A DNA stretch of 32,000 bases from Planctopirus limnophila DSM 3776. GTDB taxonomy: Bacteria > Planctomycetota > Planctomycetia > Planctomycetales > Planctomycetaceae. Each line of letters opens with the position of its first letter. The stretch's first letter is position 1. Below, piece by piece: positions 1 through 8,556 of this stretch. The notes below the pieces were generated by a model, which made no database searches, was not told the origin of the DNA, and saw only the letters and a program-made list of their open reading frames with translations. The position numbers and the translations under genes are program-made. The stretch lies in assembly GCF_000092105.1 (NCBI RefSeq), contig NC_014148.1, forward strand, positions 4,380,001-4,412,000, given 5' to 3'.

Positions 1-1076
1 GTTTTCGTGCCGAAGAGCAGAATCAGCCCACTGCTGACGATCCCCTGCACAATCAACGAGATATAGGGCGATTGCCGGTGTCGTGAAAGCCAACCCAGCG
101 GCGCGAGTAGCCGATGTTCCTGACCAACCGCCTGATGGACACGTGCGACGGCCAGAATCAAGCTGTTCAATCCACTGAAGGCGGAGATCGCCACAACGAC
201 ATGCATGGCCCGGGCGGCGTAATCCCCCAGCATCAGTCGAAAGAGATCACTGGGTGGTGTTTTGGATGCGGCCAAACCAGCGGCCCCCAGCCCTCGTAAA
301 TAAGCCAGATTGATTAACAGGTAGAGGATTGCTACCAGCCCCAGCCCAATCCACAACGCGCGAGGAATGTTCTTCCCCGGGTGATGAATTTCGGCTGCCA
401 CAAAGCCCGCATCGTTCCAGCCACCATAGGCGTACATCACCAGCAGCAGGGCGACTCCCAGATTGGGAATCTCACTGATGACGACCGGCTGGCTGAATCC
501 CGGATCGGCACTGCCGAAACAAAGACCTGCGACAATCAAGGCACTCAGCCCAAGGATTTTGAGCGAGACCAGAATCCATTGCACCAGAGCACCGGCCTGA
601 ATCCCGATGAGGTTGATCACCGTCAAGAGGGCGACTGCCAGCATGGCACCCCAGGCGACTTGAGAAGCAGCCGGGGTGGTAGCGAGATCCGTTAAGAACA
701 TTCGATTGGCGAACTCGGAGAAAATCCACGCCAGAGCCCCAATGCTGCCCGTCTGCACGACGGTGAGCTGCAACCAGCCAAACAGAAAACCTGCGACAGG
801 CCCATAGGCGCGTGTGAGATACCAGTATTCGCCCCCTGTTCGCGGATAAGTGGTGGCCAGCTCGGCATAACAGAAAGCGCCCATCAGTGAGATGAGTGCG
901 CCGGCAACCCACAGGCCCATCATCATGAGAGGGCTGCCACTCAAAAAGAGAACTGTGGGCGAGGTGAAGTAAATCGCACTGCCAATCACAATCGCCACGA
1001 TGAGATTGACACCATCCGCCAGTGAAAGATGCGTTCGTGAAGGTGTTGTTTCTGGCTCCTGTGTGGTGTGCGTCAC
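1..1076 (-). CDS. APC-superfamily amino-acid permease, truncated by the window edge (N-terminal ~358 aa present)
   Basis: Absent from the ORF track because it runs off the window. Hand translation of the reverse strand from GTG (1076-1074) gives VTHTTQEPETTPSRTHLSLADGVNLIVAIVIGSAIYFTSP...GAFCYAELATTYPRTGGEYWYL...MYAYGGWNDAGFVAAEIHHPGKNIPRAL. This is an uninterrupted polytopic frame with typical amino-acid-permease signatures. An in-frame stop at 1175-1173 leaves GTG 1076 as the first start codon. Confidence 0.8.
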   Translation of the reverse strand, partial: MTHTTQEPETTPSRTHLSLADGVNLIVAIVIGSAIYFTSPTVLFLSGSPLMMMGLWVAGALISLMGAFCYAELATTYPRTGGEYWYLTRAYGPVAGFLFGWLQLTVVQTGSIGALAWIFSEFANRMFLTDLATTPAASQVAWGAMLAVALLTVINLIGIQAGALVQWILVSLKILGLSALIVAGLCFGSADPGFSQPVVISEIPNLGVALLLVMYAYGGWNDAGFVAAEIHHPGKNIPRALWIGLGLVAILYLLINLAYLRGLGAAGLAASKTPPSDLFRLMLGDYAARAMHVVVAISAFSGLNSLILAVARVHQAVGQEHRLLAPLGWLSRHRQSPYISLIVQGIVSSGLILLFGTK

Positions 1077-1109
1077 TCTGTTCCTTCGCCTGAAGTCTGA
1101 GTTCTCAGA

Positions 1110-1143
1110 TTCGTATCGTTGCAGTCTTCGTATCGTTGCAGTC
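1110..1143. repeat. Perfect tandem direct repeat, 2 x 17 bp (ttcgtatcgttgcagtc)
   Basis: Read directly: 1110-1126 and 1127-1143 are identical. It lies 34-67 nt upstream of the permease GTG, in the divergent spacer shared with the ATPase gene. A 6-2-6 palindrome, tctgag-tt-ctcaga, sits just beside it at 1096-1109. Confidence 0.9.
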
Positions 1144-1418
1144 CATCGGCCGCCTCTGAGTTTAGCGTCGTCTCAATCTGAGGAAACCGTCCAGAGGGAC
1201 GACCAATTGCCAGACTTTGCTGGAATTCTGCAGAACATGCTCGCTGAAAACCACATTTCCTGCCACCCGGAAGAAGGGAGGGGTGTTATTGAACGAAGAA
1301 CGAAAAAATTCATTTTGGCAATAATGATGAGTTTTGGAGGGATTGGTAAACAATTTTGATTTCTGCAGAGATCTCTAGAGAGTTGGGCCGTAGTCTTTGC
1401 GTGTGATGCGTTGAACCG

Positions 1419-2645
1419 TTGCTGGGTATGTGCATGTCGATTTCTCTCCATCCATTAACCAAAAACGATTTGAAGATTGATGGCTCGTTGGCTCGATGTC
1501 AGTTGCCGTGGGAGAACCTGAATCTGCAGGACGCTGACTTTGCTGTGCGGGCCGTCGAACAATTGCTTCGCCTGGCGATTGATGAGCGTGCGAGTGATGT
1601 GCACCTGGTTCCCTCCCCTGCAGGATTGCAGATTGCCTTCCGGCAAGATGGTTTGCTGGAGCCGATGGGGAGCTTTCCACCTGAGGTTTCGCCACTGATC
1701 ATCAATCGCATCAAAGTTCTGGCTCAACTGCTGACTTATCGGACGGATCTGCCTCAGGAAGGCCGCCTCAGGCTTCCCGAGTTTCCGGGGGAATTGCGGG
1801 CGAGTACTTTCCCGACCATTCATGGCGAAAAGGTAGTGGTGCGCCTCTTTATTGGTTCCGGGCAGTATCGAGTGCTGGATGAGCTGGGCTATACACCTCA
1901 GGTGCAACTCGGATTGGAGCAGGCATTATTGCAGACCAGCGGGATGCTGCTGTTGACCGGGCCAGCCGGGAGTGGAAAAACGACGAGCGCTTATGCCTGT
2001 TTGAGGTGGCTGCAAGCCTATCGGAAAGGGCAATGCAGTCTGGTCTCGCTGGAGGATCCCGTCGAAGCGTTTCTTCCGGGAGTTTCGCAGACACAGGTTC
2101 GCAGGGGCACGGAATTCAATTATGCCCTCGGATTAAGGTCACTTTTACGGCAAGATCCCGATGTGATTTTTGTGGGGGAAATTCGCGATGCCGAGACGGC
2201 ACAGACGGCCTTTCAGGCCTCACTGGCGGGTCATCTGGTGATTTCCACGTTTCATGCGGGCTCAGCCGGAGATGCGATTTGCCGGCTGACAGATCTGGGA
2301 GTTGAACCTTTTCTCCTCCGCACCGGCTTGATTGCCGTGCTGTGCCAGCGACTCGTCAAACGACTGGTCAAAGATCGAGAGACTCCCTTATCAACCCGGC
2401 GATATGAGGGGCGTTTTGTCGCTGCGGAACTGATGGAGCCGGAATTGCATCACCTGGCTCGACCCATTATGCGCAAAGTGAATGGCAAGCGTCTTGAGGA
2501 ACTGGCAGCCCGGCATGGTTTCGTTCCCTTACGGGAGGCGCTCGAAGAGGCTGTCCGTACCGGGAAGACCGACTTGCCCGAAGTTTATCGAATTCTCGGG
2601 ACTCGACCAGTGGAAGAACGCCGGGATGTTGCTGAGGAATTATAG
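1419..2645 (+). CDS. GspE/PilB-family secretion ATPase (T2SS/T4P assembly ATPase), short form
   Basis: Motifs present: Walker A LLTGPAGSGKTT, Asp box SLEDPVE, Walker B DPDVIFVGEIRD, His box LVISTFHAGSA, and the N-terminal ASDVHLVP...FRQDGLL...INRIKVLAQL...PQEGRLRL motif typical of T2SS_E. There is no CxxC...CxxC zinc motif after the His box. The track start is a TTG; ATG at 1428 or 1434 is a possible true start. Confidence 0.9.
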   Translation: MLGMCMSISLHPLTKNDLKIDGSLARCQLPWENLNLQDADFAVRAVEQLLRLAIDERASDVHLVPSPAGLQIAFRQDGLLEPMGSFPPEVSPLIINRIKVLAQLLTYRTDLPQEGRLRLPEFPGELRASTFPTIHGEKVVVRLFIGSGQYRVLDELGYTPQVQLGLEQALLQTSGMLLLTGPAGSGKTTSAYACLRWLQAYRKGQCSLVSLEDPVEAFLPGVSQTQVRRGTEFNYALGLRSLLRQDPDVIFVGEIRDAETAQTAFQASLAGHLVISTFHAGSAGDAICRLTDLGVEPFLLRTGLIAVLCQRLVKRLVKDRETPLSTRRYEGRFVAAELMEPELHHLARPIMRKVNGKRLEELAARHGFVPLREALEEAVRTGKTDLPEVYRILGTRPVEERRDVAEEL

Positions 2646-2739
2646 ATTCAGATCATGGATATGTAATCGCATTGATGGTATCAACTCTCAATATTGATAA
2701 GATAAACACATCATACGGATTCCAATAAACAACGGCGGC

Positions 2740-2823
2740 GGGTGGCAGGGGTTGAGTCTTCGAACCCCCAGCGATTGTCGGCACGAACTGGGGGTTCGCG
2801 AAGACGTTTGGCGCCAGCCACCC
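2740..2823 (+). promoter_or_regulatory. Strong nested stem-loop in the 276-bp ATPase-platform spacer (candidate cis-regulatory RNA structure)
   Basis: A perfect 10-bp stem, cgaaccccca (2761-2770) / tgggggttcg (2789-2798), extends to about 14 bp with a 2-nt bulge (tcttcg...cgcgaaga). An alternative partner ggggtt lies at 2748-2753, and an outer pair gggtggc (2740-2746) / gccaccc (2817-2823) encloses it. No U-run follows. Confidence 0.35.
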
Positions 2824-2921
2824 CATGCCAAGGAGCGCAGTCGAACACTGCCATCTGTATAAGTTAAACATACATATTTTATTGATATACCGTGACCCAT
2901 TAGAAAATCTGCGGGCGCATC

Positions 2922-4010
2922 ATGTCTGCCACACCGGCTGTTGTTATCTCTTCTGCGGCACTCAGGGCTCTGAATCAAGAACTGGCCCTATTGATTCGGG
3001 CAGGAATTCCTTTAGAAATCGGGTTTCAGCAACTGGGGCGAGGTTCATCGAGTGATCTGGCCCGCCTCGCAGAACGCATTGGCGAGCGATTGCAGCAGGG
3101 ACAGGCCCTCGATCTCGCGATTGCTTCAGAAAACACGCCGGAAGCTCGGCTCTACGCCACGATTGTCCAACTCGGGATTCGCAGTGGTCGGCTTCCGGAA
3201 ATGCTCGAATCGATGGCACATCTGGGTGATCAGATGTCAGCCGTTCGTGAAGAGTTTCACAGAGTCGCGATCTACCCGACAATCGTTGTCGTGTTGACGT
3301 ATCTGTTAATCTGCGGACTGGCAATCTGGTTTATACCCCGCTGGCTCCTGACGTTGGAGATGTTTCGTATTCAGGGGGGCTGGATCGAGGTCGCTTTGCG
3401 CCTGATCCATGATTACGCCAGTTACTGGATGCCTGCGATACCGATCCTGGCGATGATTGTCCTCTGGGCTGCGGGAAGGACATCGATTGTCCGGGCAGGT
3501 CTATTGGAGACGAGAGCCAGTGTCTGGCCTGGTTTGCAGGTGGTGAGTGGCGCACTGTCATGGCTGATCGGTCTTCCGGATGCAGTGCGGTGGGTGCAAT
3601 GGCTGCATATCTGCGGCCTGCTGACGAAAGAAGGCTTGCCCATAGAAGAATGTTTAAAATCATCGAATTATCTGTTGGGAACGGGGCGTATGCAGCAAGA
3701 TTCGCGGGAAGCGTTGCAGGCCATTTCCGCCGGTATCAGCCCGGAGGCAGCGTTGTTGCGAATTCGTGATCTGCCCCCCTTTGTGGCCGATGCCATTGAG
3801 ATTGGCGTGCGTACCAATTCGCTCCCAGTGGCTCTGGAGCTGTCGACCGGTGTGATGTTTCGTCAGTTGCAGTCCCGCCTCGAATGGTTATCGGGATTGA
3901 TTCCGCTGGTGTTAACCTTGCTGATCGGGGGAGGTTGTGGAGTGCTTTATGTCGTCGCGGTCTTCGGGCCACTCATGGTCTTCTGGTCAGGGTTATCGCT
4001 CCAATCGTGA
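2922..4010 (+). CDS. GspF/PilC-like inner-membrane platform protein, paralog 1 (two T2SS_F-like halves)
   Basis: First half: ALNQELALLIRAGIPLEIGFQQL...ATIVQLGIRSGRLPEMLESMAHL, followed by a TM helix. Second half: LLTKEGLPIEECL...ADAIEIGVRTNSLPVALE, followed by a C-terminal TM helix. This is the classic duplicated GspF architecture. Confidence 0.75.
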   Translation: MSATPAVVISSAALRALNQELALLIRAGIPLEIGFQQLGRGSSSDLARLAERIGERLQQGQALDLAIASENTPEARLYATIVQLGIRSGRLPEMLESMAHLGDQMSAVREEFHRVAIYPTIVVVLTYLLICGLAIWFIPRWLLTLEMFRIQGGWIEVALRLIHDYASYWMPAIPILAMIVLWAAGRTSIVRAGLLETRASVWPGLQVVSGALSWLIGLPDAVRWVQWLHICGLLTKEGLPIEECLKSSNYLLGTGRMQQDSREALQAISAGISPEAALLRIRDLPPFVADAIEIGVRTNSLPVALELSTGVMFRQLQSRLEWLSGLIPLVLTLLIGGGCGVLYVVAVFGPLMVFWSGLSLQS

Positions 4011-4142
4011 CAAGGAAATCCAGTGTCATCAATAAAAAAGCCAAGTATGTAGTAGACAGACATGTATGCAGATGCCCATCGAACGTTGAGTCAATAATTA
4101 TCATCGGCGATCTCGCGGGTGGGGTTTTACAGAGGATGTGAG

Positions 4143-5363
4143 ATGCCTGAATATCTCTATCAAGCGATCAAGGCGAGCGATCCTTCGCCTGGAGCATTGT
4201 CGAGAACGGCAACACGCGAAATCATCCGCGGGAGGATGAAAGCGGCCAGCGACAATCTGCTGGGGGAATTGCTGCGTGAAGAGGGATTGGAGCTGATCAG
4301 TTTTGAGCGCGCCGATCGCCTGGAGTCGTTCGGGCTCGCAGTACTTCCGATTTTCCCTGAAGTCACGACCGATCATCCGGCACAGACGGAGATCCCGCCG
4401 GAACTCTGTTTACGCCTGCTGGCAGAAGAAAGCCCGTCCCGCAAAGACCGCAAAAAACTGCTGCATGCCTGGAAACGTTATCGACATGATCAGGATCTCG
4501 CGGCCACGATTCAGTTTGCCGGTACGGCATTACCAGCCGATCTGGGAGTCTACCTTAACTATTTACAAGATGGTCGTCTGACAACGGCCCTCTTACGCGA
4601 ATTGATGCTGGCACGGGCCAGAGAAAAACTGTTTCGCCAGCGGATTTTCTTTCAGATTGGAACCCCGTTTTTATGGTATATCGTCACCGTCATGATTCTG
4701 GTGGCTGCAGGGACAATTATTGTTCCTCGATTCAAAATGATGTTTGATGATTTCGGAACTCGCCTCCCGATATTTACCAGCCTGGTGATCGGATTTTATG
4801 ATTTTCTGGCTGGCTATTCGCTGATACTGCTTTTCCTGGTCGCACTGGCAATCGGCAGTTGCGTGATCCTGACGCGATTCACAACCTTCGGGCGTTTATA
4901 CCGCCGGTTGATGATCTATGTTCCTCTAATAGGCCGCCCGATATATCATTTAAAGTCAGCGACCTATACAGAAGTCTTCAGCCTGACTTTGCCCTGGTCA
5001 TTACCGCTCCCCGTGGTGGCCCGGCTTGCGGCTTTGATCGCCGAAGAGCCGCTTTTTGAAGAGTCGACCGAAGAGTGGATTGAACAGATGGAACAGGGAA
5101 AAGCTCCTCAGGATGCGTTTGGTGAAAAGACCTTTCTTCCCGCTTCAATTGCCAGTTTATTCCGCCTGAAGACTTCGCCTCATGGTTTGCAGGATGCCTG
5201 TAAGTTATTAGCAGCCTCGTTTGTCATCCGGGCCATTGCCCATGTAAAGATCGGCGTCTTCTGTATGCCTCAATTGATGGTACTGACTTGCGTACTGACC
5301 GTCGGGATTGTGTTGTTCGCCATGTTTTCACCATTGTTTATGCTGCTGAACGATTTGTCATAA
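4143..5363 (+). CDS. GspF/PilC-like inner-membrane platform protein, paralog 2
   Basis: It has a GspF-style N-terminus (MPEYLYQAIKASD), the motif TIIVPRFKMMFDDFGTRLPIFTSLVI, then TM helices, VPLIGRPIYHLKSATYTEVFSL and a terminal TM helix. I prefer ATG 4143 (AGAGGA at 4131-4136) over the track's GTG at 4119. Confidence 0.75.
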   Translation: MPEYLYQAIKASDPSPGALSRTATREIIRGRMKAASDNLLGELLREEGLELISFERADRLESFGLAVLPIFPEVTTDHPAQTEIPPELCLRLLAEESPSRKDRKKLLHAWKRYRHDQDLAATIQFAGTALPADLGVYLNYLQDGRLTTALLRELMLARAREKLFRQRIFFQIGTPFLWYIVTVMILVAAGTIIVPRFKMMFDDFGTRLPIFTSLVIGFYDFLAGYSLILLFLVALAIGSCVILTRFTTFGRLYRRLMIYVPLIGRPIYHLKSATYTEVFSLTLPWSLPLPVVARLAALIAEEPLFEESTEEWIEQMEQGKAPQDAFGEKTFLPASIASLFRLKTSPHGLQDACKLLAASFVIRAIAHVKIGVFCMPQLMVLTCVLTVGIVLFAMFSPLFMLLNDLS

Positions 5364-5441
5364 TGCAACGTCTGTTAAGGCTTTCGGGCAGGATTTTACT
5401 GAGGAGGTCGTCGTGAGTACTGAGGTTGTGGATCAATCATT

Positions 5442-7025
5442 ATGGACCTGATCAGCTTTTCGACGGGACTGAGTCCTCGAAATCTGTTTGAGCTGCTAGC
5501 GATGTTGGTATTACTCAACGTGCCGCTATTACTCATTTCTTTTTTAATGATAGCCGGTTTACGTCTCCCTGCGGCAGGCAGATCATTAACGATCCAGGGA
5601 TCCCATTGGCCAATCATTAACTCAATCCTGTTGTTTGCAGGGAGTGCGATTGTCTTTATCTTGGGAATGCTGGCTTTCATGACTCCCTGGATGCTGGTCG
5701 ATGTCTGGCTTCTCCTCAAGTTGTTGCTGGCGGTATTTTTATCGATTCCGGGGATCGCCATCGGGATTATTGGCTGGCGTGCCGCCTATATCCGCTGGAA
5801 CGTCGAGCGGGATCCTGCCCTGCGCTACGATTTACTCCACCACCGCACTCTGAAAAGTGCCCGGCTCAAGTTGCGATTTTTGGCGGTCAATCAAATCTGT
5901 CTGCTGGTGATCTGCCTGAGTATCGTTCCCGTGCTGGGTCTGGGGGCGTTTATGTTCTGGATTCTGCTGATGACCGTTTTGATGGGTGTCATCACCTGGT
6001 ATGGATTCCAGAATCGGGTGGAACAACTGGGCACTCGCTGGGCACTGGTCAGCGTGTTCAGCGGTGGGCAGGATGTGCGCGATGAACTTGTGGGCTGGGA
6101 TGATTTCCCTTCACGGGGAGTCCGTCGGCAGATGAGTGCGATCTCGAGAGATATGGATTACGGGATTGAATGGGTGCCTGCGTTGGCGGCCAGTACAGAG
6201 ATTCTCGACTCGCCAGATACGTTTCTCGCAGCGAATGCTTCGCCTCAGGCCTTAGCCAAGTCGCTCCGGCAGGATGTGCAGCAGAGTCTCAATGAATTCC
6301 AGAGTGAATTGCGACAATCGTCTCATAAGCTTTATGAAATTTTTCTGATGACGCTCCTGGTGGCTGCGGGAGTTTATGGATTTATTGGTGTATTTATCAT
6401 TCCGAAGATACTCAGGATCTTTAACGACTTTGATATCGAGACCCCGTGGTCATTGCAGATGTTGATCTCTGTGAAAGGTCACATCCTCTTGTTCGCGGGT
6501 GCTATGGTTTCGTCGTTACTGGCGACAATCCTTGTCCTGGGGATTCTGCATCGCGGTTTTACCGGCGAGCAACCGTGGGTGCTGGGCGTGTTTGGGCAGA
6601 TCTTTTATCAACTGAAGCGGCCATTAATTTTGCGGGGTTTGGCTGCGACGATTCAGGGTGGACGAAGTATTGAAGATGACCTTGATCGTCTGGCCGATGT
6701 CGAGGTTTCTACGCGATTGGCGAATCGATTGCGAATGGTGGCACAGGCGATCCGCCAGGGATATGACTGGCCCGTGGCACTGGTTAAGTATCGATTTCTG
6801 AAAAGTCATGAGTTACCGCTGATATTGACGGCACGGGAAGCTGGGCAGGTGGCATTTACATTGCGGGAAATCGCCGAGATGCAATTGCGTCAACAAAGTC
6901 GCATCTGGAATTGGTATGCGGAGTTTGTCGGTCCAATCTTTGTGATCATGATTGGTGTGTGTGGACTGTTTCTCGGTTACGGAATTATGAGCAGCTTAAC
7001 GACGATGATGAGCAGCCTGTCATGA
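5442..7025 (+). CDS. Polytopic membrane protein with a single C-terminal GspF/T2SS_F-like domain and a novel ~290-aa N-terminal region with about five predicted TM helices
   Basis: The C-terminal half contains FIGVFIIPKILRIFNDFDIETPWSLQMLI, TM helices, ILRGLAATIQGGRSIEDDL...LILTAREAGQVAFTLREIAE and a terminal TM helix. The N-terminal half is several hydrophobic helices with no motif I recognise. Confidence 0.65.
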   Translation: MDLISFSTGLSPRNLFELLAMLVLLNVPLLLISFLMIAGLRLPAAGRSLTIQGSHWPIINSILLFAGSAIVFILGMLAFMTPWMLVDVWLLLKLLLAVFLSIPGIAIGIIGWRAAYIRWNVERDPALRYDLLHHRTLKSARLKLRFLAVNQICLLVICLSIVPVLGLGAFMFWILLMTVLMGVITWYGFQNRVEQLGTRWALVSVFSGGQDVRDELVGWDDFPSRGVRRQMSAISRDMDYGIEWVPALAASTEILDSPDTFLAANASPQALAKSLRQDVQQSLNEFQSELRQSSHKLYEIFLMTLLVAAGVYGFIGVFIIPKILRIFNDFDIETPWSLQMLISVKGHILLFAGAMVSSLLATILVLGILHRGFTGEQPWVLGVFGQIFYQLKRPLILRGLAATIQGGRSIEDDLDRLADVEVSTRLANRLRMVAQAIRQGYDWPVALVKYRFLKSHELPLILTAREAGQVAFTLREIAEMQLRQQSRIWNWYAEFVGPIFVIMIGVCGLFLGYGIMSSLTTMMSSLS

Positions 7026-7717
7026 ATCAACAACTCATAAAAAACTACGACGGGGAGTCGCGAATTCATGGTTCGCTTCATTGCCATAGCGCAGGTCAGT
7101 CAGTGATGGTTTCTCGAAACCTTGATCGAGGAGCGAGAGCGGGTCTGTTTCTGCAGGATCTGTTCATCGCGATCATCTTATTCAGTGTGATGGTGGGCTG
7201 CCTCGTGCCGATGTTTTCGTTTGTCGCCCGTTCGCGGCGGCTGGCGTATCAGGAACAGCTCGCCTGTCAGATCGCAGCGAATTGTCTCGATGACATCATC
7301 GCTGCCTCAGTAAAAGATCGCGATGCCGTGTATGAAGTATTGGAAAAAGGGTGTTATCTGGAGGAATTGCCGGCTCAGTTTCTCCAACCTGAGGCCGGAT
7401 TGAGTGACTCGTTTCGCGAGCGGCTGCTCGCCAGTCTTCTTGCTGGCGAAAGATTGCCAGTCGCAAAGCTGCAGTTGACCCGGAGTCCGGGTCAGTTCCA
7501 GTGGCAGCACGATGCTCAGGTGGCTCCATTCGATGCAGGGCCACTTGAACAATGGGAGGTCGCGATTGACTGGCAGATCACACAAGGTGCAAAAACTTCG
7601 CACGAGAGGCATGCTCCACTCAGACTGAGTGGCTGGATTCCGGCCACATCGGCAGAGATGAAATCTCAGCCACCAGCCACTGCCAGCAAGGAGTTTGTTG
7701 AGGAGGGTGTTCAATGA
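7022..7717 (+). CDS. Small bitopic protein with a degenerate pilin-like N-terminal helix (putative minor pseudopilin or assembly factor)
   Basis: The start ATG at 7022 overlaps the upstream stop (ATGA at 7022-7025). The segment ...GARAG/LFLQDLFIAIILFSVMVGCLV resembles a class III signal, with Asp rather than Glu at +5. The longer track ORF from 6911 would overlap the upstream gene by 115 nt. Confidence 0.45.
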   Translation: MNQQLIKNYDGESRIHGSLHCHSAGQSVMVSRNLDRGARAGLFLQDLFIAIILFSVMVGCLVPMFSFVARSRRLAYQEQLACQIAANCLDDIIAASVKDRDAVYEVLEKGCYLEELPAQFLQPEAGLSDSFRERLLASLLAGERLPVAKLQLTRSPGQFQWQHDAQVAPFDAGPLEQWEVAIDWQITQGAKTSHERHAPLRLSGWIPATSAEMKSQPPATASKEFVEEGVQ

Positions 7718-8556
7718 GCATGCTGAAGATAACTCTTTTGCAGCAGCGGAAAGTGACTGGCAAGCTGGTGTGTGCCGATGTAGCAGTGAGTCGTACGCGA
7801 ACTTCGCCCCGGCGTGGGCATTCCTTGATTGAGATGCTGGTGGCGATCTCGGTGATCGGGATGATTATTCCACTCGTCTTCACGATGATGGTGACGATGT
7901 TGCAGGCCCAGGCAGGGCAGGCAGATCGCATGATGAGCATGATCAGCCTGCGTCGGCTGGCGACAGATTTCCGGCGGGATGTCTGGAGTGCCTCACAAGT
8001 CAAGATCTCGGCTGAAGCCAAGACCCTTCAGCTCCAGACTCCGGCCATCACTCATCCCGAAATGACGCGAAAAGCCGATCTCCCCATTACCTACCGCATT
8101 GAACAACGGCCCCATGAGCTTGTGGTTCATCGAGAAGTTTCAGGAAGCCAGACGGATGATAACTCGCCCGCTGATGCTCGCGGTACGGCAACTTCTGATC
8201 GCTATATTTTTCCCTATGCGACTGCGGAATGGATTGTTTCTGATGTAAAGGTGCGGGCCGGTGAAGGATCTGAATCGGCCTTCGTCAGTCTGGAAATCTC
8301 CTTGCCACCTCCTTTAGTCACTACTCGCACGGGATCGAGCGGCAGTGCGGACACTCCGAAATTGTGGAAGACCCGAATCTCCGCGACAGCCGGGCAATCT
8401 CAGATGATTCGTGCCCCGATCAAGCGAGAATGGCTGGGTGATCAAACGAAGGTTCACGAGGATGAACTAATTCAGCAGCCAGCCGACGCCACGACTCCCG
8501 AGAACCGGGGCCAAAAGGCTCCACCAGCGCAGAATCTTCAGGGAGTCAAGCCATGA
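7714..8556 (+). CDS. Prepilin-type N-terminal cleavage/methylation-domain protein (pseudopilin)
   Basis: The class III signal SPRRG/HSLIEMLVAISVIGMIIPLVF is close to canonical, with Glu at +5. There is an ATGA overlap with the upstream ORF (7714-7717) and AGGAGGG at 7701-7707. Confidence 0.7.
   Translation: MSMLKITLLQQRKVTGKLVCADVAVSRTRTSPRRGHSLIEMLVAISVIGMIIPLVFTMMVTMLQAQAGQADRMMSMISLRRLATDFRRDVWSASQVKISAEAKTLQLQTPAITHPEMTRKADLPITYRIEQRPHELVVHREVSGSQTDDNSPADARGTATSDRYIFPYATAEWIVSDVKVRAGEGSESAFVSLEISLPPPLVTTRTGSSGSADTPKLWKTRISATAGQSQMIRAPIKREWLGDQTKVHEDELIQQPADATTPENRGQKAPPAQNLQGVKP

Noticed and set aside
472-912. 146-aa minus-strand ORF and the small plus-strand ORFs at 114-695
   Set aside because: They are in the wrong frame or strand inside the APC permease gene. 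The hand-translated frame from GTG 1076 to the window edge gives a clean permease.
2748-2768. tRNA T-arm-like hairpin (ggggtt-gagtcttcg-aacccc)
   Set aside because: I could not draw an acceptor stem, anticodon arm or D-arm around it, and the loop lacks the TTCGAAT/TPsiC consensus. I treated it as part of the spacer's alternative stem-loops instead.
6911-7021. N-terminal extension of the track ORF 6911-7717
   Set aside because: It would overlap the third platform gene by 115 nt. The ATG at 7022 forms an ATGA overlap with the upstream stop, the same arrangement seen at the next two junctions.
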